From positions 1 through 36,931 of the forward strand of contig JAUCBJ010001925.1 of NCBI GenBank assembly GCA_032718475.1: a stretch of 36,931 bases of DNA, written 5' to 3'. This document shows, one piece after another, positions 24,294-34,220 of the stretch (within the stretch, counting starts at the first letter, position 1; every line of letters begins with the position of its first letter). This DNA is from Nemertoderma westbladi (lineage: Eukaryota; Animalia; Xenacoelomorpha). The notes beneath the pieces are model-generated. The model made no database searches and was not told the DNA's origin. It worked only from the letters and a program-made list of their open reading frames with translations. The translations under genes were made by a program, and so were the position numbers.

Positions 24294-25180
24294 ATTCTAT
24301 GGTTAAGTTTAGTTAGTGTACCAGCCAGCCAGCCAGTTTGTCACAGTGTCGCCCACGTGGTAATAAAAACTTTGGTAAATATTGAATGATATAATAGGAA
24401 TAGGGACAGATGGGGAGGGGGTGGGGGGGCTTTCGATGCAATAAAAATTCATCCCTCTCCAGGTGAAAATCAAAGCCAAACAGCTGATTACTAATTTGTT
24501 ATTTGTTTAGTGGCGGCCCACACCCTAATTAAGATTTGATCGATGTAATGTCATTGTATTGTTTTTTTTTGTTATAGTATATTAGGTCGTTAATAAATTA
24601 GAATATTTATTTAATTATTCCATTGTTGAATAAATATATTAGTTGGATAATAACTATATACGTCATTGTTCATAAAATAGAACTTTATTTATAGGGCCTA
24701 GCGTTACGGCACGGGTGATTTTGAATAAAATGAAATTCTGTATTAACCTCGCTACGCTCGGTAAATAAAATATCTCAAGTCTAGTGAAAATAATGTTCTA
24801 CATTATTTACCATGCAATAAATAATTTAAAGTGCAAATGAACAATGGCGAATCTAATTTTATTTATTTGTGGGTAATTATTTGTAATTATGCACTTAAAC
24901 TTTCTAGAACAACCTAATAATGACGCGGTGACATATTGGATATACTGGAAATAGATAGTATAAATGTATGGCGTAGGGACATACTGAGAAATAATGTCGC
25001 ACTCCGATATAAAGTTGGAAAATATGTCGCCCTGGCGATTTGATAGTACAAAATTAATTCCGTACAAATAAATAAAAATGGATATGAATTTCATCAATAT
25101 TCCTAGACATCACTATTAAAGTGATTAATTAATTAAGTTAAGCGTTCGGAACCCCATGCTCCATGCTGAGTGAGAGGATA

Positions 25181-25300
25181 GCCCATGACTTTCTTGAGAA
25201 GTCTCTTACTAAGGAACACCGGTCTTGAAGATGCGGATGATCTCGTGGAAGTCATGGAGTTGTGGCCGCGCAATTTTGTCGATAAGCCGGCATAGCATTT
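25181..25300 (+). mobile_element. RTE family A decayed fragment
   Basis: Similar to 34043-34168. Confidence 0.7.
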
Positions 25301-25374
25301 CAATGTACAATTGTGGATTGCTTATAAAGGCCCTCGTGCTGCGCGAAGGTCCCCAACGTGTCACAATGTAACAA

Positions 25375-25603
25375 TCCACTACCAGCGAGAATTAGTTCTG
25401 GTATGCCATTAGGATTTCCAGCACTGTAGGCCTACCTGTAGGCTCTATGTATGGAGTCGAATTCTTTCTTGAAGTCCACAAATGTCAGGACTGCGCGGGG
25501 AAATGCTTTTACTTAATTCCTTCAATCAGTCTCCGTAGCGCAAGTATCTGAGCTATTGTTGATTTGGTCGAAATCAATTTTGACTCTTACTCAGCAGTTT
25601 CTC
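25375..25603 (-). mobile_element. RTE family B decayed RT fragment
   Basis: Similar to ~31880-32100. Confidence 0.75.
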
Positions 25604-25752
25604 AAAAGTGATTCTATTTATTTTTAATAATTACAGCAAACTCAACGTTATTAATATATTTATTTCCTAACCTTATGTATTGCTTCCTCCACGCTTTTTT
25701 GTAAAGACAGTTGTTGCATCATTATTTCAACGAAGGACGAGTAGTTAATTAC

Positions 25753-25838
25753 TCTAAGTGATTGGAGTTCCCCTGTACGAGGAGCTGCACTGGTCACGGC
25801 CTGTTGGGTCGCGGCATTTCTTTCAACACCTAATTTAT
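25753..25838 (-). CDS. Orphan helical protein, coding exon 2: (Y)KLGVERNAATQQAVTSAAPRTGELQSLR
   Basis: Strong acceptor ttttctttcttag. 86 bp, open in phase 1 to phase 0, donor AGA|GTAATT. GC-richer than its flanks and phase-compatible with both neighbouring exons. Confidence 0.6.
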
Positions 25839-25947
25839 CTAAGAAAGAAAATATAATTTGAATTTAATCAGAATTTAAGACATTACTTTATTACGCACGT
25901 TATTTTCTAACCAAAACAATAAACTGATGTGAAAAGAACATGTTCTG

Positions 25948-26622
25948 TGGGGCGAGCCAAGAAAGTGTGCGAGCTTCGCATACGGCTACCAATAACTCAT
26001 TCGGTGTGTCTGTTGATGGTTGATCTGTTGTGTCCAATAATTTAAAAGTTAATAACTCAGCCAAATGTTAATTAAATCTAACCAAACCTGGTACACATGT
26101 TGTTTGGAAAAACTTTAAAAATTTTCAATAAGATTTTTAAAAATTATCCAAGTTGAATTTGCGTGTGGCCTTTGACAAGCTAAGATAAAAGCAGTTAATT
26201 AAGTTGATTAAGGTAAAAAATAGCATTTTTCTGCCGTCCCTTTAATGGAAATTAATTATTTTCTAGTATTTGATTTAAATAATTATACTTAAAAATTATA
26301 CAGCTGCAATCCGCATACCCCATTCCATTATACTGTAGTTTTAATTAGTTCAAGTGATTTACTTTAAGAAAAAATATGTTTTTAATTGATATAAACGTAA
26401 TTAAGTTATCAAAATGCAACCGTCTCTCCACACCCTATACTTCCAGCTCCACACTCCTGCAGGGCTAGCGTGCTTGCTATTGCCTAGCTGGGAAAACTAG
26501 TCAAATCTACTTCACCACTGCTAGAGCAAAGGGTAATTACATCTATATGAGCCTCAACCCCTAAAATATGTAATTCATTTGTATTTCATAACTGAGCCTC
26601 GTGCTGCGCGAAGGCTCCACGA
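25948..26622 (+). mobile_element. Helentron/HINE-like non-autonomous element
   Basis: 5' GTGG[G/A]GC and 3' GCTCCAC subterminal inverted motif, with 3' structure GCCTCGTGCTGCGCGAAGGC (a similar 3' end lies at ~25330-25356). It appears to span the outer boundary of the left inverted arm. Confidence 0.55.
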
Positions 26623-26907
26623 ACGTGTTATTTGTGTCGAATCTCCCTCATTAATTTAATTTTTTTGGAATAAGTTTCAAAATCCCCCTTTTTCTTAAAA
26701 ACATATATTCTTGAGGAAAACGGAAGGAAGATAAACTCGTATGTGTATTTTTGATGGTTAACCACATTTATCGACAATGGCTTTAGTGATAATGGTTTAA
26801 TTTTAGTTCCGAAAACACAATGAATGGCAATGTTTAAATTTGTAAAATCTAATCGTTTAAAAGTAACGGCTGCGCCCAAGAATAAATATTACCCTCAAAA
26901 CTCGGGC

Positions 26908-27767
26908 GTACTACTACTACTACTAGGATCGGCATGCTACATTGCAGCTGCATTTTTAAGAATGCTGTGCCGGCTTATCGACAAAATTGCACCGCCACAA
27001 CTCCCTATCACCCATGACATTTGCTAGATCATCCGCATCTTCCAGGCCAGTGTCCTTTAAGATGCGTCTCAAGAAAGTCGTGGGCTGTCCACCATGCTTA
27101 TACACTCCATGAGGCTGCCAAAGTACAAGATTATGCACTGGCTGGTCCTCACGGCGAAAGCAATGTCCTGCAAAGCGGAGGCGATTTTGTTCTAGTGTCA
27201 AGCTTGGGGGAACCAATGAGACACCTCCAATGTCTTATAGTGTCTGGTTGGAGATGTGTGCATTGTACTTGACACAATGAACCCGGCGTAGCATTCTTGT
27301 GAATGTGCCATCCAGAGATTTGGTGTCCTCAGCAGTTAGAGCCCAGCACGGACTCCCATAGAGGAGTACTGGAACTACTGCTGCTCTAAATAATCGGACC
27401 TTAAGTCTTCCTCTACTTCCAAATCCTGGAAAGCCTATTTAAGGCTGACCATGCCTTTCCCTTACGTATTCGAAGGTCCTCGCCTGACTTCCGGATCCAT
27501 GATCCCAGGTAACAGAAGTCATCCACATGCTCAAGCATACCATCTTTTGAGCTTGTGCTCATCCGATCAGAGACTTGCTGAGGACTTTCAAAGTTAACTG
27601 TGAAAATTTTGGTTTTTCTGGAGTTAATAAAAAGACCAACACTAGAAGCATCATGTTCTAATGAGCTGAGGAACCGTTGGGCTCCCTCTAGTGATTCTGA
27701 GAGTACTCCTAAGTCAACAGCAAAGTCTAGATCAGTTAGGTACTTGCCAGGAATAAATACCACATCA
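26908..27767 (-). mobile_element. 5'-truncated RTE family A LINE with 35-bp TSD
   Basis: LDFAVDL, VDDFCYLGSWI and RLRFAGHCFR motifs, (TAG)n tail, and TSD at 26873-26907 = 27768-27802. Confidence 0.9.
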
Positions 27768-27898
27768 CGCCCAAGAATAAATATTACCCTCAAAACTCGG
27801 GCTTTATTTTAGTTGTACTAACGAGTATTGACTCTAATGTTGTTGAAAACAGATACTTGTTCTAAAATATAATTATAATTATACAAAAAGACACTTAC

Positions 27899-27971
27899 AC
27901 ATAATCACCGGCACGCTTATCAATGCTAAAACAATAAAAGCTATCAAAATGATCCATTTTGCTCCAATCAT
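27899..27971 (-). CDS. Orphan secreted/type II helical protein (candidate four-helix cytokine), coding exon 1: MIGAKWIILIAFIVLALISVPVIM
   Basis: Acceptor attatacag lies 6 nt upstream of the ATG (context aaaATGA). Hydrophobic signal or anchor peptide, consensus donor T|GTAAGT, phase 1. Confidence 0.65.
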
Positions 27972-28179
27972 TTTGTTCTGTATAATTTTAGTATTATCGT
28001 TAATTTTAATTAAATTAGAAAAATCCATTTGATAGTGTGCTCTCACAATCGTTTTGTATTTTATAGCGAACCCATTGTTTTCGGAACTAAAACTATTTTG
28101 GTTCACTTTCCCACCTAACCGTTTAAAAATCTACGAGATTAAGTATCCTTAATCAGGTAGTGAACTATCCGATACCTAA

Positions 28180-28470
28180 TAGCGTACCTCAATGTGTTAG
28201 ATTAACGATACCAAAGTACCACCCAGTTGGCCAATCAGAAATGCTTCCTGAAGTAAGCCCAATCTGCTACCGCAAACCAGAATCAATCCAATGTTAGTAA
28301 TAGTGTGAGCAATCTCAAAGCTGATTGGTTAGATATGGTGATTCCCGGTTTGAAATCCATAGCATGGAACTAATGTAAATACGTCATCAGCTTTTATTCT
28401 CATTTCCTCTTTCCTGTACTTACAAGCCAATGCAAAACAATATTATCTGTTATGCCAATTCTAGGAGTAA
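28180..28470 (-). promoter_or_regulatory. Probable promoter and 5'UTR exon of the orphan gene (mirrored at ~32660-32950)
   Basis: About six CCAAT/ATTGG boxes within ~230 bp and a TGACGT (CRE-like) site, followed by a possible 5'UTR donor GAG|GTACGC upstream of the ATG exon. Confidence 0.4.
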
Positions 28471-28729
28471 AGGGATAATATTAATGGGAAGTGGAGTTTA
28501 CTGAGGTGGTGTAACTGTAACATTTATACAAAATATGTGTGAAGAAACCGGGGTATTATTTATGATGTATTACAACAGTTCTTCTATTGATTCCGCTAAG
28601 CTAAATTTATATTTAAAATTCTTACGTTAATGTGGTTATAGTACGTGATGTGGTAAATAGTAGGGTAACTCGTAAGTTAGATTGTAGTGAGGCTATAATT
28701 AATACATTAAGGTATGTATGGTATCTTAG

Positions 28730-29010
28730 GCGCGAGGCTGTGTGTGGTGAGGCTGTGTCGTCTGTGGTAAACCTTACGGTGTGGTAAGGCCGTGTTTGGT
28801 AAACCTCACTGTGTGGTAAGGCTTGGTGGTAATTTATTGGGGTTAAGTAAGGTTAGGTGGTAAACATTAAGGTGTGGTAACGTTTTATTTAGTAAACCTC
28901 AAGATGTGGTAAGGCTGTGTTTGGTAAACCCCACGGCTTGGTGTTATATAGCGGGGTTAAGGCTATGTGGTAAACATTAAGCTATGTGGTAAAGCTGTGT
29001 GTGGTAATTT
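28730..29010. repeat. Degenerate GTGTGGTAA(A/G) minisatellite
   Basis: GTGGTAA/TTGGTAA cores recur every ~15-20 bp. Confidence 0.75.
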
Positions 29011-29049
29011 TCATGTTGAGATTCATGTGTTATTTTATTTTGAAACTAT

Positions 29050-29455
29050 GTGAAATTTCACAATGGTGGTTTTCGTGGTGTGAATTCATTTCTGATATCA
29101 GTTTTAATGCTTGGGAAAATCTAGTCTGCCTGCCGCTGTCAGGCTGTCCGTTTGTCTGTTGGTTTGTCCATCAAAATTTAATAAAACACACGACATAGCT
29201 AAAATTGTCGCTATGGGGGTTTTCCTGATTAATCATTTCATTTCCAATGTGAGTTTTTATGTTTGGTGATATCTTGTCTGCCTATCTGTCAGTTTATGGT
29301 TGTCTGTCGGTATGTCTGTCTGTCTGTGGGTATGTCTGTCAACAATACAAAACATGACCGAGCTAAATTTTCCATGTGTGCGTTTTTGTGGTCGCTGAAT
29401 TCATTTCCGATGTCAGTTTTGGTGTTTGGCGAAATCTAGTCTATCTATCTGTGTG
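29050..29455. repeat. Three diverged ~155-bp tandem units with (CTGT)n
   Basis: The block ATG..G.TTTT...ATTCATTTC..AT.TCAGTTTT recurs at ~29062, ~29213 and ~29374. Confidence 0.6.
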
Positions 29456-29620
29456 GAAACACATTTTTTTGTTTAAATAATGTTCTTTAGATTTTAATGA
29501 AAACATACATACAATACAAACATCATATCTCCAAAAGTAACCATGATGAGAAATTATAACTGACATATTCGGGCCCATGTGAAGAATACCAGACTTTCTG
29601 CCGTTATATTTCACTTTGCA

Positions 29621-29910
29621 GTTACCCCCATGTGAAGAATACCAGGTTTTCACCAAAAATATAGGTTACAGAAGGGCTGAATCTAACCAAAACAATAAAC
29701 TAATTAGCATATGTACAGGTTATAAGACAGAAATAAGCGCTATAAAACACTTCATAAAGATAAAATAAAAAAAATAAAAAATCTTCATATATAAATATAT
29801 ATAAATAAATATAAATATAAATATAATAAAATAAAAATAAAATAAAATATATGTAAATAAAAGTTCGACCGAAAAGTGAAATCCTGGTATCCTTCACATG
29901 GGCGGGTAGC
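29621..29910. mobile_element. Small fold-back element/MITE (~33-bp arms) with central core motif
   Basis: CCCATGTGAAGAATACCAGGTTTTCAC is inverted at 29876-29902. The core motif lies at 29663-29699, and a one-armed relative lies at ~30685-30756. Confidence 0.75.
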
Positions 29911-30139
29911 AAGGTTCACCATTGAGAGTTATAGGTTACATCGAATGGTATACCATAGGCCTATAGGAATAGGGCACTGTGAGCATTTGTTATACTTACT
30001 TACTAATGATGGTTTTTTTTGTCTGATGGCATTACTGATAGAATGTAGGCCTACACTATTTTTAAATAAATAAATTGGAGTTGAGCTGTTAGTGCAACTG
30101 TAATTAAAGATGTAATATTATGGTTTTGTTCAGAAATGG

Positions 30140-30246
30140 AAAAAATGAGAAAGCGCGTCACCGGGGGTTGAACCAGCGCTATACGTACGTTTCAGCCTAT
30201 CAGGCCTCATCAGTAGCGCTAACTAGTTCAGCCACTTGTCCCTGAC
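30140..30246 (-). ncRNA. Putative ~105-nt Pol III transcription unit enclosing the hammerhead
   Basis: Box A-like TGGCTGAACTAG (30223-30234), box B GGTTCAACCCC (30164-30174), terminal pairing GTCAGGG/CCCGGTGAC and a T6 run (30140-30145). Confidence 0.55.
30175..30220 (-). ncRNA. Minimal type I hammerhead ribozyme
   Basis: Minus strand reads AGCGCUA-CUGAUGA-GGCCU(GAU)AGGCU-GAAA-C(GUAC)G-UA^UAGCGCU. It has an intact core, a 7-bp stem I, a 5-bp stem II, a minimal palindromic stem III and a GUA cleavage triplet (cut between 30182 and 30181). Confidence 0.88.
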
Positions 30247-30782
30247 ATTCACTATCCCACCTAAACCACTTCTATTGAACAGGCAGTCTTAAGTTGCATA
30301 TCCATATCCGATCCAATGTTAACATTATCACAATAATTCCAACCATGAACAAACCAATATCTCAGTTAGCAGTCATTATTCTAATAAGATATCACAACAT
30401 ATGTTGCTTTACCCGACCGACCCTAAGTGTACACACTGTTGCCTGCCTTTATGATAGTATCCAACCACCAACCCCCCCCCCCCCCCCCCCATTGATTGTA
30501 ATCAATGTCTTTAATTTTGTATTCTTATAATACTGGAGTATATAGTAGTTTAATACACTTTGTGTAAATTAAAGGTGAGTTGTGAATCTCCATTATGAAA
30601 AAGCCATTAAAATATTTTATAGTTTTCTATTCATATCGTATCTTTGGGACCAAACTGTATCGAAAACGTGGCGAACTCCCATGTACCCCCATGTGGAGAA
30701 TACCAGTTTTCACTAAAACCACAGGTTTCAGAAGGGACCATTCTAACCAAAACAATATACGAATATGTATCTATACAGATTA

Positions 30783-32460
30783 TACTACTACTACTAGGTC
30801 GAGTGAACTCGGACAGTGGAAATGAGATCCTTCTAGGCTTCCCGATTCTCCATAGTTGTCGCAATTTCGTTTCTCCTGTAATGTATAGAAGGAGTGACAG
30901 GAAGAGAAGGAGTAGCAAAACCTCCACCAGTAGGCCTATCTACCATGGCCTACTTTATACACAATATACTAATATACCATCTCCCAAGTTCAGTATCCCT
31001 TTCAAGTTGAAGCTTTCTATATATGTTATGGCTTGTCGTCCACGACTACGCTTTCCATGAGTTGGTTGCCAAAAAAGTAGATCTGGTATGACCTCGTCTT
31101 TACTTCGCCAGCAGTGCCCACTGAATCTTAATCTGCGTTCACAGAGGGTGGTTGATACAGGTGGTATTGTACCATAAAGCTCGGCTTTTGTCATGTGTTG
31201 TCTCCAGCTGATGTTTAGGGCTGCCCTTAGTAGTCTTGTGTAGCAACCATCAATTCGTTGTTCAAGTGATTTCGTCAGTGTCCAGGTCTCACCCCCGTAT
31301 AAAAATACACTTTCCACTGTGGTTCGAAAGAACTTAGTCTTCAGGTGCCTGGAGAGATCTGATTACCAGATGGTATCCATTTTTGATAGAGCTACCCAAG
31401 CCTTTGCTTTCCTAACTTCTATGTCCTTTTTGCTACTCTCTATCCATGATCCTAGGTACTGGAAGTCGTCGACCTTCCTTAGTTGATTATTGTCAATGGT
31501 TGTCAAGTTTCCATCAACATTAAAGGTCATGAATTCTGTCTTGGTAGCATTTATATGCAATCCAACCTCCTTAGCAGCCCTCTCCACATTATTTAGTAGA
31601 CGCTGTGCATCTGCTAGGGTATTAGAGAGCAGGGCGGATGTCATCCGCAAAGTCGGTGTCTGAGACTGTAGTTGCCGGATATCTACTACTTCTGCGTTCT
31701 TGAAGTGTGAATCCCAGATCTTCACCCGTTGTGGCTGTCCTCATTGCGTAATCCAGCACAATTACAAATAGTATTGGTGCTAATGTGTCACCTTGCAGTA
31801 CCCCAGCCAGGATTGAGAAAAACTCAGTTTCACCATCTGGTGAGAGTACCTGCGCTTCTGTGTCACAATATAACAATCCAATGCCAGCAACAATTACTTC
31901 TGGTATTCCATAAGCTTTTAGGATTTCAAGCATTTTGCCTCTATGGATGGAGTCGAATGCCTTCTTGAAGTCCACAAAAGTCATGACTGTGGGGAGAGTC
32001 TTCGACTTAATTCCTTCAATCAGTCTCCGTAGTGCAAGTATCTTAGCTATTGTTGATCTACTTGGTCGAAATCCGTTTTGGCTCTTACGCAGTAGTTTCT
32101 CTATGTGAGGCCTAATTCTATATAGAATCATTTTATTGTATATTTTGGCAGCTACCACAAGCAGACAGATCCCACGATAGTTTGTTGGTATGCCGAGGTC
32201 TCCTTTCTTGGGGAGAGGCTTTAGTTGACCTTTAGTCCAAATTGGTGGAGGCTTTTCCCCTTTTAACATCCGGTTGCAAACATTCAATAATGGTCTGTTT
32301 AGCACTCCTGTTTTCCATACCTCCGCTGAGATTTCATCTAATCCACTCGCTTTATTATTGGACATGCTTTTAATGCTTCTTTGGAGTTCGGCAGGTGTGA
32401 AGTCCCCTGTTTCTATAGGTAGTGTCTTGTCATATATTTTCCTTGTAGGGCTGACCTCGA
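30783..32460 (-). mobile_element. RTE family B LINE, 5'-truncated and frameshifted RT
   Basis: KASGLDEI, NYRGICLL, QNGFR, FVDFKKAFDSIHR, GVLQGDTLAP, DFADD, FQYLGSWI and RRLRFSGHCWR motifs, with a (TAG)n tail. Confidence 0.93.
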
Positions 32461-33156
32461 TGTTTTAACTTTGTAGGCTATCTTAAGATCTTCTCTCTTA
32501 CAAGTAACCTCAGGCTGTCAGGGTTTTGCCATGGCACATACTGTTTTCGTTTGGGCTTCTGGGGGATATCCATACCCCGGTTTCTTCACACATATTTTGT
32601 ATAAATGTTACAGTTACACCACCTCAGTAAACTCCACTTCCCATTAATATTATCCCTTTACTCCTAGAATTGGCATAACAGATAATATTGTTTTGCATTG
32701 GCTTGTAAGTACAGGAAAGAGGAAATGAGAATAAAAGCTGATGACGTATTTACATTAGTTCCATGCTATGGATTTCAAACCGGGAATCACCATATCTAAC
32801 CAATCAGCTTTGAGATTGCTCACACTATTACTAACATTGGATTGATTCTGGTTTGCGGTAGCAGATTGGGCTTACTTCAGGAAGCATTTCTGATTGGCCA
32901 ACTGGGTGGTACTTTGGTATCGTTAATCTAACACATTGAGGTACGCTATTAGGTATCGGATAGTTCACTACCTGATTAAGGATACTTAATCTCGTAGATT
33001 TTTAAACGGTTAGGTGGGAAAGTGAACCAAAATAGTTTTAGTTCCGAAAACAATGGGTTCGCTATAAAATACAAAACGATTGTGAGAGCACACTATCAAA
33101 TGGATTTTTCTAATTTAATTAAAATTAACGATAATACTAAAATTATACAGAACAAA

Positions 33157-33229
33157 ATGATTGGAGCAAAATGGATCATTTTGATAGCTTTTATTGTTTT
33201 AGCATTGATAAGCGTGCCGGTGATTATGT
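33157..33229 (+). pseudogene. Duplicated copy of orphan gene coding exon 1 in the right arm of the inverted repeat
   Basis: Exact mirror of 27899-27971. Exons 2-4 are outside the duplicated arm. Confidence 0.6.
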
Positions 33230-33360
33230 GTAAGTGTCTTTTTGTATAATTATAATTATATTTTAGAACAAGTATCTGTTTTCAACAACATTAGAGTCAA
33301 TACTCGTTAGTACAACTAAAATAAAGCCCGAGTTTTGAGGGTAATATTTATTCTTGGGCG

Positions 33361-34220
33361 TGATGTGGTATTTATTCCTGGCAAGTACCTAACTGATCTA
33401 GACTTTGCTGTTGACTTAGGAGTACTCTCAGAATCACTAGAGGGAGCCCAACGGTTCCTCAGCTCATTAGAACATGATGCTTCTAGTGTTGGTCTTTTTA
33501 TTAACTCCAGAAAAACCAAAATTTTCACAGTTAACTTTGAAAGTCCTCAGCAAGTCTCTGATCGGATGAGCACAAGCTCAAAAGATGGTATGCTTGAGCA
33601 TGTGGATGACTTCTGTTACCTGGGATCATGGATCCGGAAGTCAGGCGAGGACCTTCGAATACGTAAGGGAAAGGCATGGTCAGCCTTAAATAGGCTTTCC
33701 AGGATTTGGAAGTAGAGGAAGACTTAAGGTCCGATTATTTAGAGCAGCAGTAGTTCCAGTACTCCTCTATGGGAGTCCGTGCTGGGCTCTAACTGCTGAG
33801 GACACCAAATCTCTGGATGGCACATTCACAAGAATGCTACGCCGGGTTCATTGTGTCAAGTACAATGCACACATCTCCAACCAGACACTATAAGACATTG
33901 GAGGTGTCTCATTGGTTCCCCCAAGCTTGACACTAGAACAAAATCGCCTCCGCTTTGCAGGACATTGCTTTCGCCGTGAGGACCAGCCAGTGCATAATCT
34001 TGTACTTTGGCAGCCTCATGGAGTGTATAAGCATGGTGGACAGCCCACGACTTTCTTGAGACGCATCTTAAAGGACACTGGCCTGGAAGATGCGGATGAT
34101 CTAGCAAATGTCATGGGTGATAGGGAGTTGTGGCGGTGCAATTTTGTCGATAAGCCGGCACAGCATTCTTAAAAATGCAGCTGCAATGTAGCATGCCGAT
34201 CCTAGTAGTAGTAGTAGTAC
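33361..34220 (+). mobile_element. Mirror copy of the RTE family A insertion in the right arm
   Basis: Reverse complement of 26908-27767 including the TSD, so the insertion predates the duplication. Confidence 0.9.

Larger units (their letters stand above)
26394..28556. repeat. Left arm of 2163-bp inverted duplication
   Basis: Reverse complement of 32572-34734 (mirror coordinates sum to 61128). All seven mirrored ORF translations are identical, and the boundaries were read base by base. Confidence 0.97.

Noticed and set aside
24807-25097. Additional exon of the orphan gene
   Set aside because: No convincing donor/acceptor pair and low-information composition. The region looks repeat-derived.
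30150-30246. Functional tRNA gene
   Set aside because: It has A/B boxes but no canonical cloverleaf, and the anticodon region is occupied by a hammerhead fold.
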